Shown here: one piece after another, positions 1 through 15,595 of the stretch
Layout of the letters: each line of letters begins with the position of its first letter
How positions within the stretch are numbered: the stretch's first letter is position 1
Assembly: GCF_009914755.1 (NCBI RefSeq)
Contig: NC_060933.1
Strand: one strand, 5' to 3'
Source: the human T2T-CHM13v2.0 reference genome, Homo sapiens
DNA length: 64,000 nucleotides
Made by a program: the position numbers and the translations under genes
The notes under the pieces: generated by a model
The model's database searches: none
Told to the model about the DNA's origin: nothing
Seen by the model: the letters and a program-made list of their open reading frames with translations, nothing else

Positions 1-1974
1 ATTTTGAGCAGGAGCTGGCATGATTAACATGATATTTCAGGCCGAGATGTCTGGCAGAAGAATGTAGGATGGATTAGAAGGATAAGAATTATGAGTCAGG
101 GAGGTTGTTGCCGCAATTCAGTTATTTTGTGCAAGCAGCTAAAAAGTCCAGTTATCAGAGCATCCTTTGTTGGGGGAGAGCAATAGGATGATAATTCTTA
201 TACTCTTCCATTGTGTGGCACCCCCTAATTTGGAAAACAGTTTGCCTTTTAAACAATGCTTTTCTTTAATGGTACAGATTCCTTAATCATTTAGAACAAT
301 TCTTCCTACAGTGTGATCTGCTGGCCTCTAGCAGCTTGAGAAGGCTCTTCAAGTGACCTAAGAGCTAGAATTGTGTATGTAGGTTTATTGCTAAAAGCCT
401 GTCAATGTCACTGCCTTCACTTCTGGTGTGAAATGATAATTGAGTTTTAAGTGCTAATAAAATGTAGACCAAGTATTTGTGTTTCATTCAAAGTGTTCCT
501 TTTGTTATACAAATCCTGATAAATGTTTTCATGGTTGTTTTTGCAGGCAGGTGTTCAGGGTAATCATTTTCCGTGGTGATATAGGTCAATAAATATTACT
601 CTAATGAGAAAATCAGAGCCTATTGCCTCGCAATTTGGAGACAAATAAAGGTCTTAACCATTATGTTTGTTTTGTATGAATATATGACTAATGCTGCTTT
701 TAAGGTTCTTGCAATCTTTAGACCAATTGTGATATTAAACTAGCAAGTTAATATCAACCAAGTTCTTTATATATTCATAATATTTTTAGATGCCTATGTT
801 ACATTCTGACACTATCTCTTGCTAGCTGTGTCATTTCAGTTATGATTTGGCCTCTTGGGGACTCAATTTCATCATTATCAGTAAAATGACTCATCTGGCT
901 ACTAAAATCCTATGACTTTATTACTTGATTTGGGGATCATACCCACAGATGTGACAATGGATGCCACAGGCCTGGATGAATTGCCGCAAGAGGATGAGAA
1001 CTAAGAAAAGTCTTCCTATCACTTAGAGAAAACATGATATAATAATTGTGGTGACCTTATCATCAGACCCAAAATTCAGAGCCCAGAGACTAACAGGCAT
1101 CAGTACTCTTAGAGCAAAGATGGAACCAAACATTTTAAAAATTAGGGTTTTTCTGGAAAATCCACACACATAATTGCTATAGGCATGGAAAGTCCATTCA
1201 ACTGGTGGAAGAAACAGGCTGTAGTCCCCGGTCTGTCTCATGAACTCCCAGAGCTTTACAGTTCTCATTTGAAATAGAGGGAATTGAAACATGCCTATCA
1301 AGTTCCCCTCTTGTCCCTAAGAAAATGACTCTAAACTTTCCTGAAAGAATGGAATTTTATTTAGAGTTGTCTATATTCCTAACACTGTCCGAGAGAAGGT
1401 GTGTGTTCAGGGTAGGAAAATACATTAAAGAAAAGATAATGACCAGATAGAGACAAACTGAATCTTTTTATGCTTCTTGCCTGAGTTAGCTGAGAGGTTG
1501 ACTAGATAAAAAGAACTCTGATGCCTTTGCTATCTCATCGGACTCTGGTTTGGGAAATTCATCCCAGATTAGTGTATCACCTGCTATCTTACTAATTATA
1601 GATCAAGGCAGTACCAATGCTTAAGCTCATTAGAGGAGATTTGAGGGAAAGAAAAATGAATATAATCCATCTAGTCATCCAAAATGATTTATAAATAATA
1701 CTGAGGAAGGTACCAGAAGTAAAAATGTCCCACAAAGTCCCAACATTCACCTCATGATCTGGTAAGTGAAGCCCTTTACTTTCCGATGAACAGATCCTGC
1801 CGATTCACTTTGCCACGCACCTCTCCTCTCTCCCGAGCTCTTTTGTACTTAAGACCCTTCAAGACCCAAATCAAGTGAATGTTTTTTTCTTTTTCATAAT
1901 GCAATTATGGACTCTGCTAATTAGCTTCTTGCCTCAGAGAATCAGTGTGGAAATTAAATGAGAAAAAGACATAC

Positions 1975-2830
<856 letters not shown>

Positions 2831-2904
2831 ACTAATTAAGAATAAAGACTGTACATACAAATTTACACTTAATTGGGCATTCAGTGTCACTAGTAGAGGA
2901 TTAA

Positions 2905-3206
<302 letters not shown>

Positions 3207-3390
3207 AACATTTATTAATTACCTACCAAGTACCAGATACCATGCTAGGTATTTTCATATGTTTATTTTTTACATTAATCTTGCAGTTAAGAAAATAGAA
3301 ACTCAGACTAAATAAGTTGACCAAATTTACATAGCTAATAAATCCACAGTTGGGTTTCAGGGTCAATATTTACAACTCAAAGCCCATCTC
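3207..3390 (-). mobile_element. MIR remnant
   Basis: GAAAATAGAAACTCAGACTAAATAAGTTGACCAAA..CATAGCTAATAAAT resembles the MIR core in reverse. Confidence 0.5.
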
Positions 3391-3587
3391 TTTAATTTGG
3401 ACAAACTCAGGTTGTTCCTATCACTTTCTTGCATATGCTTAGGTTGGATAGGGGATGGAGAGAACAGAAGAGGAAGAAACCTGGGGTTTAACAAAGTTGT
3501 CAGGATCCCTGAGTCTGACAACTTGCAGAAGGAAGAGTAAGTTAAATAGCACATCACCGTAATAGCATGAAAAGTATGCAAGCTCAC

Positions 3588-3887
3588 TGATATGGTTTGG
3601 CTCTGAATCCCTACCCAAATCTCATCCTGATTTGTAATCCCCATAATCCCTATGTGTCGAGGGAGGGACCTGGTGGAAGGTGATTGAATCATGGGGGTGT
3701 GGTTTCCCCTATGCTGTTCTTGTGATAGTAGTTCTCAGGATATCTGACAGTTTTATAAGTGTTTGACAGTTCCTCCTTCACGTGCTCCCTCTTGCCTGCC
3801 ACCATGTAAGGCATGCATGCTTCCCCTCCGCCATAGTTGTAAGTTTCCTGAGGCCTCCCTAGCCATGTGGAACTGTGAGTCAATTAA
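3588..3887 (+). mobile_element. THE1D/MSTA-type MaLR LTR, 3'-truncated
   Basis: Starts TGATATGGTTTGGCTCTG..CCAAATCTCATC; ends abruptly at GAACTGTGAGTCAATTAA. Confidence 0.85.
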
Positions 3888-3927
3888 CACCCAAGTCTGG
3901 GGACCTGGAGGGACTTTCCTCAGGTAC

Positions 3928-4014
3928 AGCCAAAAAGGGAGGAAAGGACAGCAAGAATCTTGACCTCCTGTAGCCAAAAGAGAGTAAAGGACAGCAAGAA
4001 TCTTGACCTCCTGT
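3928..4014. repeat. Tandem duplication, 2 x ~43 bp
   Basis: AGCCAAAA..AAAGGACAGCAAGAATCTTGACCTCCTGT occurs twice, adjacent. Confidence 0.9.
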
Positions 4015-5996
4015 AGTAGCCCAAGGATGGGCAAAGTTATTTCTTAAAGGAGCTATGGGGTAACTTCCCTGTGATTTCTTCACACTGTGCCTCTCTCTGT
4101 CCTTTGAGCCCTCTCCTCTTTCTGCAGGTTGAACTAGGTCTTCAGGTTCCCACTGGGAGTATAGGCCTGAGGAAAGAGGGGTATGTTGACCACATTGTGT
4201 ATTTTTATGAGAGCATGTCTTATCTCAACAGCGAAATTGTAAGGTTGCTAAAGTTAGGGGTCATGTGTTGTGTTTTTGTAGCTTTTATAATACTTAGCAC
4301 AGTGTTAAGCATAGAGAAGATACTGTATTAAGTAACACTAAGGTTGATTGCTTTAGTTTCTTGGTGGAGCTTTTATGACTGTGAAATAGGTGTGATTTGG
4401 GAGTTTATGTCATCGATTTTCCAAAGTGAGGACACTGTCTTCTTTTGCCACCTCTTAACAGCCTGTCTCCTTCAGCACTCTCAAATTTGTCCGGGTGTGT
4501 TTTCCCCTTTCTGCCTCTCTGCCTCCTTCCTCTTGCTGGCATTGATTGTGTCTCCCTGTAACATTGAGTAAGTCCTCTTGTCAGTTGATGCTGTCCTTGA
4601 ACTGAACAAAACCCTCATGAGCAGGCCATGAGTTGAGTCTCTTACCTCTGTCTCCAGAGGAGTTGATCTCTCCTGACAAGGTTTTGTCTGGTTTTAGTGG
4701 AGCAGTTAGTGACAGCCCATGCATGTAGCAGCGTGTGACCCAGCTCCTTGCCTCAAACTGTGTAGTCGTCAGAACTGTCACACAGTCACAACAAGTTAAT
4801 TCTACCCCAGCAGAAGGGCAGACTGTAATGATACAGGGCCTCTGGAGAAGGTGCTGTCAAGCAGGGTAGCTGCCACCACCACCCCAGCTGCTGGGCTCGG
4901 TGGGCTAAGATGCCTGCTGACAGGTTGCATGTCATTCCCAGAAACCAGACAGAAACCAGCTTGGTGATTTTCTCTGGGTTTCTGGATGCTCCTGGTACTG
5001 CTGGCTGTAATCTGAGAGTGACAGTTTCAATAGGGACCAATCGAAGCCTTAAAAAACCTGTCTTTTCATGGCAGTGGCAGACAATTGCTCTTGACCCTTC
5101 TCTCTTGGTTCTTTTTCTTCCCATTGCAGCTAATGAGAATGCTGATTGAGCTGGGGCACATTTGTGGGTTTCCCTGGAGACAGTGGCTGATGAGCTGTTG
5201 GTCTCATTAAGGGGCATTTTCTCTTCATGTTCTTTAAGAATTCCTTGGTTTCTCCTATGTTGGGGGACAGCCATAGGGTTCATGGAGGTAGGAGAATTAA
5301 GAGTTCATCCAGTGGATGAAGAGAGAGCAAGTGTTTCTGTGTGTGGGCTTTTGGGATATGAAGGAGAGATGCTGTCAGATACATAGAGTGGGGACCCTAG
5401 AAGTTTAAGATCATTCAGTAACAAGATGCGAACACTAAATTAGCTTAGTAGAAAGACCCAGATTTTTATTTAAGGCAGAATTTACTTTTTAGATTAGGAG
5501 TTAATGGTGGAAGTGATTTTCCTTTCTCTTTTCTTCTTCTTTTTTTTTTTTTTTTTTTTTTTAGAGAGAGGAGACCAAGGAGAACCACAGAGGACTTTGC
5601 TTGTAATTAAATAGTGAAGTGGTTAAAAAAAAAAAAAACAATTGTTTTTTTTTTTCTTCGAATGGTATATATGGCACTTGGGGCATGTGTGATTCATGTT
5701 AGTATATTTTTTCTTTTTCTTTTGAGTTGCTGCAATGTAATTGTCTCCTGAACTGATTTTAGGAATTGGTGAGCTAAGCACAGTTTTATTCAGAAATGAA
5801 GTATTGTCTTGTTGAAGACCCACTGCCAGATTTAGTGACTCAACCCAGTGCTGATGTAAAGCAACTCAGGACATATCAGCAAAATTCTACAGAAGTCATT
5901 CTGGTTGGTCTAGTGAAACAAGTGTAGGAAACAGTATATCCTGCTGTTCTTACTAGTTTTTTTTTTTTTTTTTTTTTTCTAAAAGAGAAGATACTA

Positions 5997-6301
<305 letters not shown>

Positions 6302-6499
6302 CTAAAGAGAGATGCTCTAAAAGAAATTCATAGTATAATCCTAAATAATACCATTGAGGAAGAAAACCATGAGGCAGCTGATGAACCAATGGTGACTGAT
6401 GGAATTATTTCCTAAAAACAAATCTGATCAGATCACATTATTGTATGTGTCATGACTTTAATGTCCTGTTCTCTCTTCCATGCCTTTCACGTATATTCT

Positions 6500-6800
6500 T
6501 TGCATGTCACACTCTATGCATCCTTTAAGATTCAGAACAAAAGACCTCTCTTATATGAAGCATTCTCCAGGAGAGGTCTTGGGGCTTTGAAAACATGTGT
6601 TTATATGTCTTTAGTACATTTATAGGGCAAAATTTAAATATATTAAATAGATTAAATGCTTCTTTATATTCCTATCTTTTCCACTAGACTATGACTCATT
6701 GAAGTTAAGAGCCATGTATTATTCGTCATTTTATCTGCAGTGCCCAGAAAATGTCTAGCACAAAATAGATGCTAAATTGATGGTGGAAGGTTGAATGAAG
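6500..6800 (+). mobile_element. L2 3' end remnant
   Basis: CCACTAGACTATGA..GTGCCCAG..GCACAAAATAGATGCT..GTTGAATGAA resembles the L2 3' terminus. Confidence 0.6.
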
Positions 6801-7689
6801 GGTACTCTTTGATGAACTCTGGAGTGAGAAAAAAATGTGAACAGATGAAAGGTCAAATTTAATCAGGTAAATTTAAAAGGGTTGATACTTGCAATAAAAT
6901 GTTTAAATGTAATGGAATGAACTCTTAAGAATACTATTAACATTGAGTTCAGATATTTGAAGAATGTATAGATAATTAAAAAATTAAAAGCACTTTAAAA
7001 AGCTATTATTAACCCAATGATTGGGACAGATGGCATAACGTTAGCACAAGGCAAGGAGCTAGAAGAACTATTAGAACCTTGCTTCCGTGTTTTCTACCAG
7101 GGAGTGTGATCTACAAAGACATACTTAAGAGGAAATATAAGATTATAGGAGAGACCTGGGCTGCTTGCAGGAAATTCAAGTCTCTGCCAGAAGAGACACA
7201 GTCTAGGGTTTTGAAATTAGTAGGTGATTATAGAAGCATTTGGAAAAGAGAGGTCACAGGCTTGCTGAGTCTTCCTCATGTTCTGTTTTCCAAACCAATC
7301 CAATTTTCTCTATTCCTACTGCCACCACTGTTAGTCTGTATGTCCCAATGAATCATTCATTTCCCAGATTTCTGAATAGCTGAAGTCTTCTCTCTGTCTC
7401 TAGAGTTGAATTTTCCTATGTATTCACACGGAAGCCAAAGTGATGCAAATTTGATCATCTTACTCCCTTGTCCAAACCAATGCAGGGATTTTTCATTTCA
7501 CTCTTTACTGTGGCTATTTGCCTGGACTCACGTGAGCCTCTCCAGCCTTAACCCTTACTCACTCTTTTCCTTCCACCTTCCTCTTTCTTTCCTAGAGGCT
7601 TCATCTTTACTGAACTCTGCCCAGCCTTTCATGCATGCATTTTTCCTGCTCTTCTGTTGAGCCTTTTCACATATATTAATTAATTAAAA

Positions 7690-8920
7690 AAAATCTATTC
7701 ACTCAGCCTGGCCCTATATTAAACTTTGGGGGATACAAAGGATAAGCCCAGAAGGAATCTCAGTCCTTATGGGAAGATGATTATTAAATGATCATTAAAT
7801 GATCAAATCAATGATATTAGAACAAGAATAGGGAGAAATATAATGCTACGAGAGCTTAATGACCTTGTCAACCAGGTTAAAAAAAGTCTCTGGTAAAGTG
7901 ATGGGGATGATCAGCATTAGCTAGAAGAAGGAGGAAGAAGGTTATTCCTAACCAAAAAACCCCCAAGATTTACAAAGTCCTATTCAGCAAGGTAACCTTA
8001 TAATAATGAAGAACTGGAAGAAAATCAGTGTGGCTGGAATGAATAGGAGGCAAGTCAGATCATGCAAGGCTTTGTGGGCTATGGTAAGGACTCTGTATCT
8101 CTGTATTAAAGGAAGTTCAGAGTCACAGACACATTTTAGGCAGAGTTAGTAGAATAGAATATTTCAAGATCATTCTGTTTGCAGTGGGAATTGGCAGAGG
8201 GAGGCTGAAAGTATTTGGGTAAAGCATTTGGCAGGGCTGTTGTAGTAATCCAGGCAATGGATGGTCTGGTTTGGATTAGGGTGGCTGTGGAGGATGTAGA
8301 GAGTTGTAGGTTGATTTGAGAGATATTTGGGAGATAAAGTTGGTAGGACTTGGTGGTGGATTAAGATAGGAGACATGAGAAGAAAAGGGCATGCGAAAGA
8401 AAACTCCCAGGAGTCTGGCTGGATAACTGGATGGCTGGTGGGGACAGTCAATGAAGAGGAAACTGTGAAAGAAGACCAGATTTGTTGATGAGTTTGATGT
8501 TGCACAGATAATCTGAGGAGCTTTTGATCTGTACAAGAGGAGAGGTCAAACAGTCAGTAAGAACCACCGTTCTGGAGCTCAGCGGAGAACGTCCATGCTG
8601 GAGACATAAAAACCTGTAAGAAATCTTGTATAAGTTATAATTGAAGCTATGGACTTTGAAAGAACATAAGTATAAAGAAGAGAGAGCATAGGCTCAAGCC
8701 TTTAGGAAAGTTAACATTGAATGGGGGAGTAGAGGATGGAATTATAAAAAGCACAGAAAGTTAAAGTACTGAGAGGACAAGTAGTATACTGTGATGTCAC
8801 AGAAGCTAAGAGAAATGAGGGTTTCAAGAAAGAATTCATGCCAGACAGATGTGAGAGGTCAATGAACATGACACCGCTAGAAAGTATCTCTCAGATTTGG
8901 TGGCCAGAAGGTCATTGCTC
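7690..8920 (-). mobile_element. L2 remnant
   Basis: Purine-rich L2 reverse-strand motifs (AGTGTGGCTGGA, GATTTGAGAGATATTTGGGAG, GAGTTTGATGTTG, CTGGAGCTCAG). Confidence 0.6.
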
Positions 8921-8989
8921 TGAACAGGAGGAGAGCTTTAGGTCACAACTGGAGGGAAAGAAGGTGTGAACAGCTGTGCTCTCTGACTA

Positions 8990-9330
8990 AAATACTGTTC
9001 CCCTTTCTCCTTACCTGACTGAATATCCCCTCACCCTTCAGATCTTGACTGAAACACCTCTTATTCCAGGAAGCCTCCCATGATGACTCTTTCCACTTTA
9101 TCTTTCTACAAGACTGGTTGGGTGCTATTAAAATGTGCTTCCAAAACATTGAACTTGCCCATATTAGCACAAATCATTATATTTTATGCTATTTCTTTGC
9201 TCATTGCCTATTTTTTCTGCCAGACTCTCAGATCTGAGAGAGTAAGAATCACATTTATCTAACACCCCCATTGCCTAGCAAAGTGCCATATGCAAAGTGG
9301 GTGCTTAATACGTATTTATTAACTGAATAC
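8990..9330 (+). mobile_element. L2 3' end remnant
   Basis: CCAGGAAGCCTCCC..TGCCTAGCAAAGTGCC..GTGCTTAATACGTATTTATTAACTGAAT. Confidence 0.55.
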
Positions 9331-9518
9331 GTTAAATACTGCTGATTTTTCAAATTAGAGTAAAAAAGCATGGGTGAATGAGTTTTATGGAGATATTTCT
9401 CAAATTATAAAACAGATTTTAAACATAATTTGTGATTATTTATATGAGAAACTGATTATTACTGTGGGCTAGTTTGGGGTCCTGGAGAACTGGTCACTTC
9501 AAGCTAATTGAAGAATAC

Positions 9519-10095
<577 letters not shown>

Positions 10096-10818
10096 AGAAT
10101 ACTTCTTTTAATAGACAAAAGGAAGCTTCCAGATCATAGGAATGTTGTGGACATAGCATACTTGGGTTTTAGCAGTCACTCACGATATCCATGCAGACCA
10201 TATGGTTTAATACCAATTTTGGGAAAAGTGTTCTGATCTTCTCTTTGTCCTGTCTTGATTTGAGCTAAGGTAAGGGGTCTACAGTCTCTGATATGAAAGC
10301 CTTGGAGTCAGATTTGTTTCAAAACTTAGTGTTTTTGGATGTTATAATGGTAACACAGAAAAACACTGATGTATGTATTCCCTTCACTTTATCATATCAA
10401 CTTGCTGAATTTCTTGAAAAGAGTGACAATAATGACATAGTTGTTTTGTATCTCACTTTAGAGTTCCACAAGCACTACATTTTATCCTCACATCAGCTCT
10501 GTGAGGTAGGCGAGCTCTCCATTTTATGGATTGGGGACGCTAAGGCTTTGAGATATAATCTACTAAGCCATATTTTTAAAGCAGATTTGTAAACTCAAGT
10601 CAAATGTTTTTTATCTAGCTCCAGATAGCCTTCTCAGTTCTGAGGCTACGTGTCTCAGGAGCTTACGTAACTTCTGTGTTACTGTGTATCTGTCTAAAAA
10701 TTGACACATGGTCTTAGGTTATTTAATGGCAAAAATTATGTTTTATTCATTTTCGTACCCCCACAGGTTCTAAAACGTAATAGATACACAATATTTCCTG
10801 AATGAATAAACCTAATTA

Positions 10819-11233
<415 letters not shown>

Positions 11234-11826
11234 CTAAAAGGAATTTTTGGTTTATTGAAAAAATAATAACATATTCACCATATGTTAATATGTAACATAA
11301 TTTATAAAATATAACTATATTTTCCAAAATAAAAATACGTAAGTGAGAAGAGTGATATTATTTTAGATATTTGCAAATCTGTTTCAGGTCTGGCTTAACA
11401 GATGATAGCTGGATTTTCGTATCTGCTTCCACTTTCCATCATCTATTGTTCTATGTTATTTTTGTTGAAGTATATGAAGAAAATCAGGCCTCACACAGTT
11501 ATGTAGTTGGAAAAGGGAGAAATATTTTAGCGGTATTTTCATATAATTTTTTGTGGACATTATTTTTGGATATATACTAGAACTTGAACAATGGTAGTTT
11601 CTTTAAAGTTAGTTGATATGTGGAATCTGAAATCATACTAATAAAATTTTCTTCCTCTGTGACAATAAAATCCATTAGTCTGTCATTTTTTCACTTTGGA
11701 TGAATCTTTTTCCCATGTGTAATTTTGCAGCATTATGTATTGTTCATTTGGAAAATACTGTTTTCCTGAGTTATGCAGAGTTTCCAAATTACTGACACAG
11801 TTCACTGTAGAAAAAACAAAACAAAT

Positions 11827-12124
11827 GGCTGGGCGGGGTGGCTCATGCCTATAATTCCAGCACTTTGGGAGGCTGAGGTGGGCAGATTGCCTGAGGTCAG
11901 GAGTTCGAGACTAAGCCTGGCCAACATGGTGAAATACTGTCTCTACTAAAAATGCAAAAATTAGCCAGGCATGGTGGCATGTGCCTGTAATCCCAGCTAC
12001 TGGAGGCTGAGGCAGGAGTATTGCTTGAACCCGGGAGGCAGAGGTTGCAGCAAGCCGAGATTGAGCCGCTGCACTCCAGCCTGGGTGACAGAGCGAGACA
12101 CTGTCAAAAAAAAAAAAAAAAAAA
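11827..12124 (+). mobile_element. AluS-like element inside Charlie1a
   Basis: Full dimer with poly-A tail. Confidence 0.95.
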
Positions 12125-12999
12125 TTCACATTCATTAATATCATCACCAGTTTTATCAGAAGTCTTTAAGTGTTGGGAAGTTGTTAAGCTCATAGTGGAG
12201 TATCCAAAATTTCTAAAATTTGAATTTTTAGTTGAAAGCTCATATTTCATCATATAAATAACAATAATGACAGCAATAAATACTGTCATGTGTTTCACTA
12301 GCAGTGACTAGCTTGCTTCATTCATTTTTCATAAAATGTCTGCCAGTACCCAAGTTTGAATAACTATGGTATGACTGTCAGCCATTCTTTCAAGTAAAAG
12401 TGTTGTTTCATGAAAAAATTGGCTAGTGCAGATTTCCATTCAAACAATTTCACATATGCTTTTCTTTGAGACAGTCATCATAGTTGGGTATGCATCAAAA
12501 GTGCTTTATGTATACCTCCCATTTTGTCATATAGAATATTAAAAAGATGTGTACTCAAGAGTTCATACTTAAAAAATATAATTTTTACTGCATCATCAAG
12601 GATTCTTAAGTAAAACTTCTCTAATTCCCACATCCCTCTTTTAACCGTAAGTTCATACCTTAAATTATGCTAAAAGGTCAGGCATCGATCTTGCACCATT
12701 GGTGGAAATGTCAACATAGTAGACAAGGCAAATAACAGCCTAGTATTATTACAAAAATGTTCTTTACCTCTTTAGTCTCCTGAAAGCATCTCAGAGACTT
12801 CTAGATATCTGCAGATCACACTTGGAGTACTCCTGGTATAATAGTCAGTCTATAAGTATTGTATTGCGTTACCTACCTCTAGTGGTGATACTGGGAGAGA
12901 AAATGTAATTGATCAAACTGGGTCAAACCTCACTTTATCATGCAGGACTGATGATGTAACTGGGATGCACCAATCCAATGAGCAAACAAGCTCAATTCA

Positions 13000-13450
13000 T
13001 TTGCATCTGTCTCTTTTATCTGTTTTGTTAAATTTCACTGGTATTTGTACATCAACCCAAAGTTGCATTGCGAGCAAGATTGCTAGGTGTTCCTGAAATC
13101 CACTGCTTCTTTTTCTTAGCCTCTCTTGCATCAGATATGCCCATTGAACTGTGCCAACAACAATGTTAGTGGAAGGGCTGAGTGTTACTACTTGGCCCAT
13201 CCCACTGAAATCCTCCATGCATGCTAGTCTGTGTTCTTTAGTCCCCACTGATGGGATGGGGATCAGAATAAAGACCAATGAGATGGTGGAAGAAGCCTTG
13301 GAATGACCATGTGGAGGAGGGCTGACAGCATTCAGAATGTCTGAACACTGGTCCAGGGGCAAGTGAGCAAGAAATAAATTTCTATTGTTTTGAGCATCAG
13401 ATGTTTAGGTCTATTTGTTATAGCAATTAGCCTACCTCACCACTGACTTG
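13000..13450 (+). mobile_element. Old MLT1-type MaLR LTR remnant
   Basis: 3' end GAAATAAATTTCTATTGTTT..GTCTATTTGTTATAGCA typical of MLT1; 5' boundary uncertain. Confidence 0.5.
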
Positions 13451-14276
13451 AATAATGACCCTTTAATTAGAATTCACAGTGATTCATATTCCTCAATTAC
13501 ACGTAAATTAAAACTGTTCTAAAGGCTAACATCATTAATGATTTCTTTTTACAGAGATATTCTGAAAAAGGACATCTCTTTCCAAATTTATGGCAGATTC
13601 TCTTTTTATCCTCTCTGCAAAGAATCTATTTTTAAATTAATGGGTAATGCAAGGTATAATGAGGAACAAATATTTGTCCCTTAAATATTTGGGGGAATAT
13701 TGCATTGCATTATTACTTCACATATGTTCCAACCCTTAAGTGACTAGCCTGGGATACTCATGGGTGTAGACAGGGAATTAAGCAGGAAATTGGAAATGTA
13801 TTCCATGAAAGATACAATGAGAAAAGTAATTGAAGATAAAGTATTATAAATAGGATGACTCAGAAACTTGAAAAGTGCTTTCAAATAATGGATATAGTTT
13901 TCAAGGGGGAAGTAATTGAGTAGATTCCAAATTTAAAACCTTTGGGGAATTGGTTCTTCTCCTAATTACTTATCCTTCTCCCTGGTTTGTGAATATGAAG
14001 CTAATTCTCCCTAGTGTCAGTTGGATAGAGATGCAATTACAAAAATAATGGATGTGATCCAGGACATCATTAACCTTTTTTTTTTTTTTTACTTTGCTCT
14101 TATCTGTATTCAATGCAAGTCAGCATTCTGAGCAAATAACTGAACTACTTTCATAAACATTGTGTATCATAGCATATGCTACGTGATCACATTCAATGAC
14201 ATTGCTTCCACGGATTCCACAACAATCATTTCCTATCTTAGCTGTCTGCAGTGATCCAGTTTCTGACAATTTCATC

Positions 14277-14578
<302 letters not shown>

Positions 14579-14773
14579 CAATTTCACCGTTTTTAAAGAC
14601 ATCTGAGCTGAGTTTCCATTAGGCTGATTTTTAAAAACAGTCTAAGTATACTTTGACATTAATTCAACAAACATTCACTGAGTATGTACCATGTGCTAGG
14701 CACTGGTGATACAAAGATATATAAGTACCTCTTATTTTATAGGAGTGCCCAATCCTGAGGGGGGCTAACATAT

Positions 14774-15175
14774 TGTAATAGTCAACCAGACGAGGTTGAC
14801 TATTATTGACAAAAATAGACAACCCTTCCAAATCTCAGTGGCTTAACATGACCAACATTTATTTCATGTTCATACTTTACATCCAAGAAAAGTCAGTGAT
14901 GGGGCTTTGTCCCTTAGGTACCCGGGGACTCAGGCTTTTGGAAGCTTCATCTACAATGTAATGCCACCTTTCCCCTGCACCTGGGAAAAGGACCACAGCC
15001 AATTGCACACTTACTTTCAAAGCTCTGCCCAGAAGAGACACGTGTCATTTCTGCTTGCATTTTATTGGCTTAAGCAAGTCAAAAGACTACATCCAAGGGA
15101 GCACAGAGCGCCCAATCCTAAAATGTGCCCAGAGGGAAGGAGAAATAGGATGTTTGTGGGCAATCATATGACCAC
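14774..15175 (-). mobile_element. Old MLT1(J/K-like) LTR within an L2 remnant
   Basis: CCAAATCTCAGTGGCTTAACA..ATTTATTTC; ends GACCACA. Confidence 0.55.
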
Positions 15176-15439
15176 ATATATAAATAGACAGCTGCAATGC
15201 AGAGAAGGGAATAGACAATCTCAGTACTAGAAGATATGATGATACAACAGTAAATGTTACAATGAAGGTTTGCACAGGATACTGATCAACACTGAGGTAG
15301 ACTGAGCCTCAGGTTGGAGAAATGGATCACGGTGAGCATCAGCTTAACAATTTCTTCCCTAACCAAGCTTCTGTGAAGCCTTGGACTTGCTCAGGTCTTC
15401 CTTGTATCTTCTCATTGCATCCTACTGCCCTCCTTCACA

Positions 15440-15595
15440 GTGCTTTTATTAGCGTCTATCTTTCCTGACAGATTATAATCTCCCTGAGAGCAGGGACTGT
15501 GTCTGACCTCTATATAGCTGTGTCCAAGAAATGTTTGTGTAATCATAGTATCCCTTGGCTCATAGAAGGCACCCAAGAACTCTTTGTGAATGAAA
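15440..15595 (+). mobile_element. L2 3' end remnant
   Basis: CTCCCTGAGAGCAGGGACTGTGTC..TGGCTCATAGAAGGCACCCAA..TGAATGAA. Confidence 0.6.

Noticed and set aside
4786-5283. 165-aa minus-strand ORF in unique DNA
   Set aside because: No recognisable homology or motif; length is compatible with chance in 64 kb.
12868-12890. CTCF-like CCACTAGAGG on the minus strand; also weak matches near 55379 and 55612
   Set aside because: They lack key consensus positions such as the terminal GGC; too weak to call.
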